Assembly: GCA_963693365.1 (NCBI GenBank)
Contig: CAVNZM010000006.1
Coordinates: forward strand, 11,652,481-11,716,480
Origin: Amoebidium appalachense
Taxonomy: Eukaryota; Protista; Ichthyosporea
DNA length: 64,000 bases
Direction: 5' to 3'
Both the position numbers and the translations under genes were made by a program. The first letter of the stretch is position 1. Every line of letters begins with the position of its first letter. The notes under the pieces are model-generated. The model was given only the letters and a program-made list of their open reading frames with translations. It did no database searches and was not told the origin of the DNA. Below are positions 27,101 to 49,712 of the stretch, piece by piece.

Positions 27101-29068
27101 GGGGGCATGTGTGGTGCCAGTGTGTGCGTATGTTGGGGGGGGGGGGGGGGGGGGGGAGAGGGGAAAGAGGGAAACAGGGGTACGTACGCGCTTGAAAGAG
27201 GCCGTTGGGGGCCGGGGCTTCTTCTGTGGGGGTGGGACCTGCATGGCTGTCAGCAGTGAGCCCATGGGCAAAAAGGAGGGGGCACGGACCTTTCTGGGGC
27301 CCTTTGGCTGCATGGGGGCCACGGCAGTGGGGGTGCTGAAGGGTGCCGGCCCATCGCTGTCCTCGCTGCCCTCCCCTGCCCCCCTGCCTACCCGTCAGAC
27401 CCCCCCACACATGCACCCGGCAGGGGGCTGGCACCTACCCTGGCCCTGCGGTCGGGGTGGCGGCTACGGCCGGAGCCACAGGGGGTTTGGGCTGGGCGGC
27501 TGGGGTGGCCACAAAGTAGGAAGGAAACTGCACTGGGGCATCTGCGGCAATAGGTCGGCATTCAGGCACGGCACGTCACATGCACGTGCATGCCATGCTG
27601 CCCCCATGACACGTGTATGTGGGTGGCTGCCGAGTTACCACAGTGTAGGCATTCCCCCCCCCTCCCCCTCTCTGCCCCAACCCCGGAACATCCTACGTTC
27701 TCATGTGCCCCCTCACCCCATCCTCCCTGACCCTTGCCATATCCCCCAGCTTTTTCAAACCACGATATACTTTCCCCTCACCGACCATACTCGCACAAGA
27801 TTGTTGAAATGTTGAAGGATAATCACAGACCTCTGCTTTTCTTTACACACACACACATACAAACACACACACGCACGCCATACATGCACACACGTACACA
27901 CACAAGCACACACGCACAAGCACACGCACACACACACAAGTGCACGCACCCATTTCGCACAGGCGGGCCGCAGCAGGCCACAGGAAGGGGTTTGCAGCGA
28001 GGGCATCTCTGTAGTGTGCCTCTGCCTGTGCCGTGAGGTTGTTCTTCCTGCGCCCCCCCGTCACCCCCTACCCCTCTACCCCCCTAACACCCTAAACCCC
28101 TGCCCCCTACTCCCTATCCCCCCCTCCCCCCCCCCCCTCCCCTACCCCATACCCCCTACTCCCTATTCCCCCCTCCCCCCCTCCTACCAAACCCTACCCA
28201 GCACACCCCTTAGCCCCTAACTCCCCAACATTCCCACAACCCCCCCCCCCCACCTGCAGAAGTCACCCAGCAGCAGGGCCACAGCCCCCGGGCAGCCGCT
28301 GTCGGCCTGTGCCGTCTGCTGGTCCCCCACTACCCCCTTGAGCACCTCCTCCCCCTCCTGCCCCCCCCCTCTCATCAGCACCCTGTCCTCCCCCACCTCC
28401 CCCCCCCCCCCCCCTCTCCCCGTGTGCACGTGCCAGGGTCTTGTCCAGTGCCAGGCAGCATCGTGCAAACAGGTATCTGGCCTGTGGGGCCGTGCAGCCC
28501 TTGAGCACGCTGTATGCTGCCCCGACCTGCCCCCCCAGGTACAGGCAGCGCCCCAGCGTCAGCGTGCTGCCCTCCCCCGGTGCTGCGGCCCAGCCAGTGA
28601 GTGCCTTGCACAGCCCCTCGGTACCCACACAGCCACACATAGCCCTGCCTGCCACTGGCCCCATCACTTCCTCCTACTCCGCCTATCACTCCATGCACAC
28701 CACACTCCCCACCAGCCTCCCACAGCTTGCTGCTTGCGCAGTGGCTACCCACATCAGCCAGCACAGAAAAGTAGGTTCTGCCGCTCACTAGTCACTCCAC
28801 AAGACACAAAGCAACAGGTCTGAAGGCCAAACCCAGAACAAGTGCAGACAGGAACGAACACGTACGTGTGCATAACAGAGCAAGACCAACAACTGCGAGA
28901 GGCCCAGTGCATCAACAGCAGCGCACAGCCACGGCCACACGGGCACACAGCCAGGCACGTACCCTCTGCGCACAGGCGCTCGGCCAAAAAGACTGCGGCG
29001 TCATAGAGGTATGCCCCCAGTGCCTGCTCAACGGCCCTGGCCAGCGCCCCGGCAAGCTCCGTCCCCAT
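23905..29068 (-). CDS. CDC27: Anaphase-promoting complex subunit CDC27/APC3 (TPR protein)
   Basis: N-terminus YLYDAAVFLAERL (29068-28963), AAYSVLKG...ARYLFARCCLALDK (28582-28434), YRDALAANPFLW, low-complexity middle, then TPR exons GWVQAMVARAHVE, GMDMYSTVLWHL, SPETWCVVGNCFSVQKEH, YGYTLLGHE...RHYNAWYGLG (25658-~25412), PKEPSVYLLMARL, WARDLDPRG. Acidic end SEDDEEAHDIAEDQ*. About 16-17 exons, two GC-AG introns. Confidence 0.95.
24549..24915. repeat. ~15-bp minisatellite (ATGGTACTGTGTGC-like) in a CDC27 intron
   Basis: More than 20 degenerate tandem copies starting next to the donor at ~24920 (minus strand). Confidence 0.9.
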
Positions 29069-29479
29069 GGCCCCCTGCTGTTGTGTGGCTCTGGCTATAT
29101 GTAACCGTGTGTTTGCCTGTGTGGCTGCGTGTGTATTTGTGTGTGGCTATATTGTGACTGCCTGTGTGGCTGTGCGGTTCTGTCTGTGTTCTGTGAGTCT
29201 GTGTGCCTGACAGTAGTGTGCGGATGTGTATGTGTGTGCATATGTGGTTGTGTGCGTATGCATGTATTTTTGTGCCTGTGGACCTGCGTGGCTGTGTGTG
29301 TGTGGCTGTGTGGCTGTTTGTGTGTGGCTTTGTGGCTGTGGCTGTGGCTGTGTGGCATGTGTGGCTGTGGCTGTATGAATATGGCTGTGTGGCTGTGTGG
29401 CTGTGTGGCTGTGGGCCTCGATGGCTGTGTTTTTGTGGCTGTGTACGGTAGGCCTGTGTGTCTGTGTGTGGCCTCTTGA

Positions 29480-29800
29480 TAAACGACCAACTCCGCTTCT
29501 TTCTTTGTCTGCAGCCCCCTCAGCCCGTGCTGCAGTTATGTCGGAATTGAATTTGCCGCCCTGACCCATCTGGAGTACGGACTGCATCTTGCGGTTCGAG
29601 CCACAATCAGCGAACCGAAAAGAAGGTTTTGGGGCAAAAACAACCAATTCGGGTTTGGACATTGTGACCCGATTAAGCTTGGCTTCGGGTCGGTCTTTTT
29701 TATCCTCGCCTGGCGCTGGGCAGTGTGCCGGTGTTCTTTTGGCGAGGCGCTTGCTTTGGAACCGTGTCTGTGCTACAAAGCGCGCACAGCGACCAGGAAC
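29480..29800. promoter_or_regulatory. Divergent promoter region CDC27 / complex I subunit
   Basis: Repeat-free unique island between head-to-head genes, flanked by microsatellite-rich segments that are probably 5'-UTR introns. Confidence 0.5.
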
Positions 29801-29804
29801 GCTA

Positions 29805-29838
<34 letters not shown>

Positions 29839-29910
29839 ATGTGTGTGCATGTGTGTGCGTGTGCGTGTGTGGCGGTGTGTTTTTGGGCGCGGCACTGACC
29901 TTGCGTGCAG

Positions 29911-33829
<3,919 letters not shown>

Positions 33830-34037
33830 CCAACCAACCAACCTCCCCGTGTGAAAATAAACTCAAATGCTCTGGGCTGGCCCAGACCCAGACACATACC
33901 TTGGCTGGCATGTGTGTGTGTGACTGTGTGTGGTGTATGTGTATGACATGAACGGTGTGGGTGTGTGTGCGTGTGCGTGTGGGTGTGTGTGTGTGTGGGT
34001 GTGTATTTGGAGCGTTTGTCTGCATTGGTGTGTGTGT

Positions 34038-34071
<34 letters not shown>

Positions 34072-34661
34072 TGCTGGAGTGTGTGCACGTAAATCTCTCT
34101 CACACACATACTCAATTTTTTCTGTCTCACTTTTTTATTTTTTGGTGGTGGTGATGGTGGTGGTGGGGGGGGGGGTGGGAGGGGGGGATTTTGGAATCGA
34201 CATCTGATCATGACAGTCTGAGACTTGCGCAGTTGATCGCAACCGCAGCATAACAAACGCCAAACGAAGCCTTCCGTGTGCCGTGTGATACGCGCCATAC
34301 GTTCATAACCCTCGACCGCTTTGTGCCTACCCCTACTAATTCTTAATATAATATTAGTAGGTGTCTTGCTTCTGCCCTGCGTAGTTTTTTAGTTGCCCAT
34401 CTGGCACTGCCGGCCCTTTTCAGACTCCAGCAGCAAGACTTAGTCCGTGCCCAGCCATCTGTTTCAGCCCGGCCGTGGCAGTGCACCAGGGTGCCTCACT
34501 TAGTAGCCGCAGCAGGTTGCCTTTGTATGCCACCCCCTGCAGGCCCACACGCACAGAGTGCCCGCACACACCCAGTACCCTGCCTCGGCTACACAGCCCC
34601 CACACCCACCCCGTCTGCCTGCCCCAACCTCCAGCACACGCCGGCGCGGCACGGGGGCGTA

Positions 34662-40597
<5,936 letters not shown>

Positions 40598-40607
40598 AAC
40601 CCCACGT

Positions 40608-40760
40608 ATGTGAAATAAAATGGGTCCGCCTAGGTGAAATAAAATGGGGCCACCAATATGAAATAAAATGCGGCCACCAATATGAAATAAAATGGGGGCA
40701 CCAATATGAAATAAAATGCTGCCACTACTGGTGATATGAATAATTGCGGCCACCAATCTA
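40608..40760 (+). repeat. 24-bp 3'-UTR minisatellite carrying AATAAA in each unit
   Basis: AATAAA at 40614, 40638, 40662, 40686 and 40710; the array starts ~10 nt after the TRAPPC3 TAG. Confidence 0.88.
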
Positions 40761-41237
40761 ATTTAATAAATAGCACACACACTGGGGCTAGAAGAATGTG
40801 GCCACCAATATTACACTTAGTGCTATGATGGCCACCAAGTATACTTACCAGGGCTGGCTGATGTAAGGTGGACACCCACTACCACATAAGTGGCCACCAA
40901 CAGACCTGCCTAGCATGGATGAGGGCATGCATGGGGCACATGTCATGCCCACAGGAATGACACGGTGCACGGATCAAAATTGAAGGCATGGCAGTCATGG
41001 ACGGGCCGATATGGCTGCATGGTGGTGGTGACGGTGCTGTGCTGACAAGAGGGTTGCAAGGCTTGGCGATATGGTCACGTGCTTTGGTTGTGTGTATGTG
41101 CCACGGTGTGTGTGTTCAAACTTGACGTGCGTCACGTTGTTGTGTGAGTATGAGAGTGTGTCGCAGTGTGTGTGGTGTATAAGTGTGTGTGTACGGTGTG
41201 TGTGTGTGTGGGTGTGGGTGTGGGTGTGTGGGTGTGT

Positions 41238-41290
<53 letters not shown>

Positions 41291-41350
41291 CGCGTGCGTG
41301 CGTGTGTGTGTGCACGTGCGCTTGAACTCCGGCCGAAGCTTGGGGGGCAC

Positions 41351-41412
<62 letters not shown>

Positions 41413-42432
41413 CGTGCGTGGTGTGTGTGCATGTGTGTGTGTGTGTGTTTTTTCTTTGGGAGGGGGGGGGGGGGGGGGGGGGGGGGGTCATGATGCCACA
41501 GTTGTTGAAGTTAGCTCAACCCCCTTTAACATTCAACCATATATACTTTAATCCTCTTTTGAAGCTTAGTTTGTAGACTGCTGGAACTATGTAGGCCTAG
41601 GGGTACGGTGGGGTTAACTGCATGGGGTGCTGTAATTGAGTGGCATCCCGGACTGGCTATGGCCACGATTGCTGATGTGCCTGAGAAATGGGTACCGGTT
41701 CCAATGCTGGCGGCCACGTGAATGATTGCACCAATATTGCAGCTGGAATTACCGCATCAGATGGGGGGGCTGCAGTGCCACTGGGTGGCCATATGGAGTA
41801 CTGTTAGGGATCCAGGGGGGGATAGTAGGCCATGGGACCGGGTGGGTTTGGGTTCAGGCTTGGCTTTTCTTGGACATTCTTGATATTCTTGACATTCTTG
41901 ATATTTTTGATATTCTTGATATTCTTGATATTCTTGATATTCTTGATTATGAAACGGGGAGGTGGGTAGTAGTAACTTGGGGGGGGGGACCCAACCTACC
42001 CTATTGGGCAGGAGGCGGGTCCCCCCCCCCCCCCCCCCCCCCCCCCCCTTGCCCCCGCACTCCTCCGACTAGGGGCAGGAGGCATCGGGGGGAAGGACCC
42101 ACCACCCACCTGAGTAGGTGGGTCCCACGTGGGTGGTGTCCCATCCCCATAGTCAGCCGCTATGTGACTATATCAGATAACCTGACAGATATCGTCCTAT
42201 AATTAGCAGCGGGTTCACACTGAACACGTGCCTGCACACGCATATCACACACGCACACGAGGGGCACAAACTTTGACCAGCGATGAGCACCCGACATTTG
42301 CCTGAACATGCAGATACACAAACCCACACCAGCACACATTCCCCGCCACACAAATTCGCTCACGAACCCTGCACGGTTACTACGATAAACTTGCCCCCAA
42401 TAATTCATAATTTAGAACTTCTGTGGAAGTGC

Positions 42433-42470
<38 letters not shown>

Positions 42471-42528
42471 ACGCGCGCACGCGCGTGCCTGCACGTGTGC
42501 ACGTGGATATATATATATATATATAGTA

Positions 42529-42564
<36 letters not shown>

Positions 42565-43685
42565 CCCGTTTGTTTCCCGGAAGGACCCCTTGGGGCCCTC
42601 ATGGGGAACTGCCGTCTTCCACCCAGCACCGACAGCACTCCAGCTAGGGTGCTGCGGTATTATCATAAGTTAGCTACCGACAGCACTCCAGCTAGGGTGC
42701 TGCGGTATTACTAGCTCAGCCAACACACCATTAACAATCCTAACTATTTGCACACAATTAGCCCAGGGTATTCACCCCAGCCACGGCGGTGGGTATGCAT
42801 GTGCATAATCATCCGATTGCTTGCGTGAATGTGCAGGGTGACTCGAGGGAAAAGGGGGAGGAGAGGGGAGGATTTGAGAGGGGCAGGCGGGTTGGGGTGG
42901 GGGGGGTCGCTGGAAATTTTTTAGAGCATATTGGTAATACCCACTGTGCGGCGGACAACACCAAGCAGACCTTGCAAAGAACACGCAAAGCTAGAGTTCA
43001 CATCCGGCAGAAGAAACGCAGCAGCACGAAGGGGTGGAAAGGTGTGTGTGTGTGTGTGTATGTGTATGTGTGCGTGTGTGTGCGCGTGCGCGTGTGTGTA
43101 TGGGTGTGTGTGCGTATGTGCGTGTGTGTGTGTGTGCGTGTGTGTTGGGGGGGGGGGGGGGGGGGGGGGTATGCATCAGTGGCCTAAACGGAAGCAATCA
43201 TTCGAGGGGGGGGGGGGGGGGGGGGGGGGGAGGGGGGGGGATTAACAAATACAATTCTTTGGTGAGTGGAAAAGAGATTCTGGCCATGATCACGCACACG
43301 CGCAGGGGGAAGAGGGGGGGAGGGGGGGGGGGAAAGGACCCTCAACCCCACTCGCCCAGGTGCCTCCCCCCCTCCCCCCTCCTTCCCCCCGGCCCCGGGT
43401 GTGGGGGGGGGGGGGGGGGGGGGGGGGAGAGAGACTCACCCACCCCTGTGGCTACCTGGAGTACCACCAGGGGAGACGTCGTTATTTATTACCCCCCCCC
43501 CCCCCTTTTCAAATTCAAAAATCCCTTAGTCCAAGTCTGCAAAGTTTTCTTTTCAGCATCGTTCAAGTTGGGGTTTAGCACACCACTCTACTAGGCTATG
43601 TTCATAGTATGTACAGCGTGAAATCTCTATTTTACATCATAGTAACTCACTTAGCACATGACACAGCAACGCATGTAAGTTTAAG

Positions 43686-43720
<35 letters not shown>

Positions 43721-44932
43721 CCCCCCCCCCCCCCCCCCCCCACCCTGTTCCCCTGCCCCTCACGCGGGGGTCTCCTGGGGCCGCCACACGTGCACACGAC
43801 ATACACGCACCCGCGCACGCGCGCGCGCGCACACACACACATCCAAACACATGCAGTATTTTACATGTGCACAGTCACACTACATTAAATTTCATACCTC
43901 CGGTTACTCGGGGGATCATGATTTACTATCTTGATGCGCATGCAATGTGACTCCCCAATGGCAGACAGCGCACCATCATGGCATGTGATTGAAGTGGTTG
44001 TAACCCGGGCACGTGTGTGCTGTGTCATAACAGACTTTGGTCCCGCCATGTAATTTTGCTCTTTCCTCCCCATTGCATCCACACACACGCACAATTCCCA
44101 AAGGTTCTTAGACTTTTGTTTTTCATGTTCAGTTCACTGTTGTAAGAGCTACCACGTAAAAATTTACAGTGGCCTGAATGCATTTTTCTGTTTTTTGTTA
44201 CTTGTTTCCAAGACTTACCGTGTTTCAAGTCGGCAGGACTGAACTGTGCAGCTAGCAACCTCCCCCCCCCCCCTCCACACACACACACCCAATCCCCCAG
44301 CACGCACAGTTAGCCCAACCACCATTCCCCACGCCCGACTGTTCTGGCTGCAAACACACGCACACGGGAGGAGGGGGTGGGGTTGGTTGTCCCGAGACGT
44401 GACCGTATGGGCATCTTCACGCGTGTGGCTGTGCCCTGGGACTGCCGGCAAAGGTGAGTGGCCAAGGCGAGTGAAGATGAAGTGGGTTCAACTGATGCAT
44501 AAGACTACGAGGCCACTGTAATCGTAACGGACAACATAAGAAGCACACGGCACACACACAGTCTGCATGCACAATAAGCAGGGCCATCCTCAGGACCCGA
44601 GTTACCACCCTATTGCAGATGCCTGCCTGGATGCTCATTCACTGCTGCTGTGGGGCAGGCCTTGGCGGCCCGCATGGATTTATATTTAGCATGGTATATA
44701 ACTTGATGTATTACAGTTCGGGCGACCAGGGACTAAACTATACTCCATACCACCCTAAGAAGACGAACACAAGGAGGGCATGCTGGCTACTTGGTGAGAC
44801 AATGACTGTATGGCACGGACCTGGGGGGTGCATTGAAGTAAAAAAGTTAAAAAAAATTAAGAGCATGGCAGGGCCTGCTGCAATCTATCTATAGACATAT
44901 CGAGCTGCAGAGGTCGGTTTATAGAGCATGGC

Positions 44933-45312
44933 CTATTTCCTCCGCACGGTGGTGGTGGTCTTGGTGGCGGTTTTGCGTGTGGTGGTTGTTGTTGATCGCC
45001 GATTGGTTGTCTTCGTGGTGGTTGCCGCTGCCTGAACGACTCTCGGCGTTTTGGTAGTGGTGCGCCCTGTGGTGGTGGTGGTGGTGGGTCTTCTCGTAGT
45101 TGTGGTGGTGGTGGTGGTGGGTTGAGTTGTTGTTGTTGTGGTTGGCTTTGTTGTTGTGGTAGTAGTAGTAGTGGTAGTGGTAGTGGTGGGTTTTGTAGTA
45201 GTAGTAGTAGTAGTAGTGGTAGTGGTGGTGGTGGGTTTTGTTGTTGTTGTGGTGGTGGCGGTCGTTGTAGGTTTTGTTGTTGTTGTTGTTGTTGTTGTGG
45301 TGGTTGTAGGTC

Positions 45313-45352
<40 letters not shown>

Positions 45353-46745
45353 GGGCTTCGTAGTGGTGGTGATGGTGGTGGTGGTAGTGGTTGTTTTTGC
45401 TGGCGTGTCGCTGACAGCTGCCGCCAGCACAGATACACCCTTCACGGCGCCGGAATCCACCAGGGTGGGGTTGCTTGCGGCCGAGACCAGGGCCAGCTGG
45501 GTGGTGGTGGTGCGCGCCGTGGTGGTGGTGGTGGTTTCGGGCTGCGGCCCGTATGCCGCAGCCCGGGGGGCGGCCAGGGGCACACCCAGGCCCCTGATCC
45601 ACGGGATGTAGCTGCTGATGCGGGTGTAGATGCCGGGTAAGCCCGGCCGGGCACAGCCGGCGCCGTAGCTGACTATGCCGACCTGGGTGGCCACGTCCGG
45701 AATCAGCCCGTAGAACAGCGGCCCCCCGCTGTCGCCCTGGCAGGAGTCCCGGCCGCCCTCCTTGGCGCCCACACACAGCTGCATGGCCAGCACGTTGTCG
45801 AAGATGGTCTGGCACAGCGTCAGCGGCTGCGGGGGGAGATAGACCTGCACCGGCACCCGGTCAGCCAATGCTGTGCCTCACCCCCCCTATGCCTACCTCT
45901 AGTGTCCCCCCCCCCCCCCCCCCTCCTCTCGAGGCCTACCACCCCTGCACTCACCCTCTGCAACAGGGAAGCGGCATTGCCGCCCTCAGCCGTAGCGCCC
46001 CAGCCTATGACCGAGTAGTTGAAGCCGCTGAGGCCCTCGTAGGCGTTGCCCGTGGCCTGGTTGAGCACCACAGGCGTCTTTGTGCTGGGGGCGGCCAGAT
46101 ACAGCAGGGCCAGGTCGTTGGTGAGGGTGGTGGTCTCCCACTTGGGGTGGATAAAGTACTTCTCGATGTCGATCTTCTCAAACCGGTCGGACTGTGCCAG
46201 GTCGGTGAAGCCCAGCCGCACCTGCAGGAGAAAGTCAGCGTGTGAGTTAAGCCTGAGGCAAGGCAGGGCTTCCATGTGCTACAGCTAACAGCAGGCACAG
46301 CCAGGCCCTGCACGGTTCACGACATCAGCGGTGCCCCCGAACACCGCCACAGCCACCCCCCCGGCCCGGGCCGCACCTGGTCATAGAGAATGTAGTTCGG
46401 GTCGATGCAGTGCGCAGCCGTCAGCACCCAGCGCGGGGCTATGAGGCTGCCGCCACAGTAGTGGGCCCAGCCCAGCTCGATGGGGTTGCCCTGCGCGTCT
46501 ACGGCCATGTAGCCCTGGTCGTCCGTGGCCCAGATGGGCGTGCCGAGGCTAATCATCCAGTCGTGCACGGGCGCATTGTGCCCGCCCACTATGCGTGACC
46601 CCGTCTGGTTGGACTTGGGGATGTGCAGCGCCACCTGCCGCAGCGTGCGCGGCATCGTGGGCCACGACTCGTTCTGGTGGATGGTCCCTGCCGCGCACAG
46701 TGTGGCGGCCGCAGCCAAGGCCGCACCGCCCAACAGCAGCTGCAT
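44933..46745 (-). CDS. Secreted trypsin-like S1A serine protease with Thr-rich mucin-like C-terminal tail
   Basis: Exons 46745-46377, 46221-45955 and 45844-44933. Signal peptide, R|IVGG activation site, [17 protein letters not shown] (His), NDLALL (Asp), [10 protein letters not shown] (Ser, with the Asp of the trypsin pocket), [14 protein letters not shown], then (KP-poly-T) repeats. Confidence 0.96.
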
Positions 46746-48764
46746 GGCGGGTCTTTATCTGGCGTATACACACGTGTCTTATCTGCTCTATGCACACGTG
46801 TCTTTACCTGCTGTACACACACGGGCTGCACCTGACCGTTAGGGCTGAGTTCTTACACGTAGCCAGCCTTGGCCTGTTCGCCATGACAGCCGTGTGTGTG
46901 AAGGCTCGGCAGCAGGCCAGCTCTAAACGAGAGCCAGCATTCCTTCAATAGATCCAGGCCTTGGAATTTAAGAGGGGTAAATATTGAGGGCGTGTCGTGT
47001 GTGGGAGCTTGGCAAGACACCATCGACCACAGACTCCAAGTAGTCTCACGCATAGAGCCGTTACTTCTTTTAGGATTTCACAACGTAGTGTATGGTGTGG
47101 GGCAATCAACCATTGCGCAAAAAAGACACTACTGTAACTGGCGCTCTAACGCAAAAAATGCACTGTTACATGCACCCGAAAGGCTTTGCCCCCCTCGAAT
47201 TCTAGTCAGATGCCCCAGGTAGTCCGGTCCGCCAGACACCGTATGCATCAACTGCCAAACGTAACTTTTCAAAGTTTTCACACCTCGAATTCATTTGTCG
47301 AGAGGTATTATATTTTTATATTTCATGATCAAAATTGTAATATCTTTAGTGTGCAACACACATAGTAGAGCGATAAACAAAAGCTTCCAAACATGGCTAC
47401 TGCCAAACATGCCAGGCCCGGAGTCCCCACAGATGGAATTTATTGAGCCATATAGCGTGGTTTTGTATTTTGGGAATCAAAATTTTCGGGCGGTGCAACT
47501 TCAAGGTAATGCAAAAATCAATATTTTCAGATTAAAATGGAGGCATGCTTTAGGTATAATATTAGGCTACCTATTATTGTGAAACTTTAGCGCACTGAGG
47601 TTGAGAAGTATGTGGAGGACTGTTGAGTAAAACTCAGTAAACTAAAAATGTACCCCGGCTGGCAATTCGATTCAAAGGGGTATCGATACTGGAAGCAGGC
47701 CGGCCAGTCCGCACGACTCGCCGTCAGTGAGGTTACGTCACACAGTGATAGCACCAAGTGCCCCACACCGTCATCATCATATAAGATTCTAGGGGCTGGA
47801 ACATATTATTGAAGACATTAAAGAAATGTGTGAAGTTTTTGGTTTTAGGATTTGACAATACAATATTCAGTGCTGTATACTTCCTAAGTAAGGCCCGTAC
47901 ATACGTGTACATTACCCTCACTTCATGCCATGCCGGCTAAGTTCTGGAACTGCTTTTTTATCGCCTGGATCTAGGGAGCAGGCTGAGCGGTATGTGATCC
48001 TTACGATATGATTGGACGTCGAGTTTCATTGGTTGCGGCACTGGCGCGCGCGCAGCCTCAAGATTGCACATGCATATGCATACATATCACATGGGATGTG
48101 TTGGGAGTCGGGACTCGGGAGTCGGACACCCGAGCTCGAGAGCGCGCGCGCGCATGCATGCGCCGGCGCGTACATGTCGACATGTATACCACTGGTGATC
48201 AGACATTGCCATGCCGCGAGTGACGGCTTCCGAGCCTCTAATTCACGCGGGGCCGTGCAAAGCCAGGCTAGCTTACACTAGGTACGCCTGTAAATGTGCA
48301 TAAGGCTTGCCGCTGAAGGGGCGCGACACAGACGGAACCCGAACAAGTTCGCAGAACCACCAGTTGAGGGTGTATGCTAAAGCTTTAGTGTGTTTTTATC
48401 ATGTGCAACCTGGCTGCCTATATAAGCCTTCATTGTGCTTCCTAAACCACGGGCTAAACGGGCGGATCAAAGCAAATTTGAACCGCTGAATCTCTAGAGC
48501 TACAAGTAGGTCTGTGCGCCGGCTGTCGCCGGCGCCAAAACATAACGAGACAGTTATTGATGTTGGGTTGTGTGGTTGTTACCTCCCCTCTCCCCTCCCC
48601 CCCCCCCCCGGCCCCCCCCCCCCCCCCCCCTCCCTCGCCTCACGCTTCCCCCCCCCCCCCCCCCCTGGCCCCCCCGCCTCACGCTTCCTCCCCCCCCCCC
48701 CCCCCCCCCAAATCCTGCAGTTGCTGGATCTGCCAAATGTTATGACCCTTTTCCCTTTCATTTA

Positions 48765-48795
<31 letters not shown>

Positions 48796-49210
48796 CCTCC
48801 CCCCCCCCCCCTTTCTTGCCACACTGTGTTATCAGTCTAGGGCCGGGAGAGATTGCCATTGCCGAAGTACCAAGTTTACTTGTGCACGTGGTCCTCCAAA
48901 AACATGTAGCTGAAAACCACCAAGTGCAATATGTTCTAAATTGCTTGCAAAATTTTTATAATATTTTTATTATTTTGTTGTTTTACTTATTTTACAGAAC
49001 TGTTTGGTAACCCGATGATATGCATGGACAGGCAATAAAACTTTCCACGTGCACTGAGTGCCAGGTGGGCAACATATTTCAGTGAAGTCTGGAATTGGCA
49101 CCCCCCCGAAATGTTCCCGAACATAAAATCATCATTCTACGGTGTGTGTCAAAATACCATGCTCACAAGTCAGTACTGCAATTATACTATTCTCAGTTTA
49201 CTTCAAAGCA

Positions 49211-49259
<49 letters not shown>

Positions 49260-49679
49260 CCCTCTTCCCATTCCCTGCCCCCCCAAATTTTTTTTTTTAT
49301 GCTTTTCATACTCAGTGACTGCAATCATGGCACCCGTGTTTTCTAGATATATTTCCTTTCATTGTGTTCAACGTCTATGTGTGTGTGTGTGTGTGTGTGC
49401 ATGTTTGTGTGTGTGTGAATGTGTGTGTGTGGGCCAAGTGAAGGTTGTATGCGTTTTTTTCTTCTTAGTTGTTTTTGTATTCTATTCGATTATTACTTTG
49501 TGTGTAAATGTGGAAAAAAAACAAATAAAAGAAATTACCAATGACCACCACCCAACTTGAATCACCCTAGCTCTAGTGTAAAAAAATAATCATTATCAGT
49601 CACAAACCCTTCTACTACACTCGCCCCAAATGTCATATTCACATTACTGAGTTGATTTAGTGTGTGTGTGCCACAGGCC

Positions 49680-49712
<33 letters not shown>

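Noticed and set aside
40900-44900. Possible additional gene between TRAPPC3 and trypsin (exon-like pieces near 42940-43041 and 44400-44453)
   Set aside because: Could not assemble a phase-consistent, recognisable protein.
45122-45640. Poly-Cys and poly-Val ORFs on the + strand
   Set aside because: They are the antisense of the trypsin Thr-rich tail.
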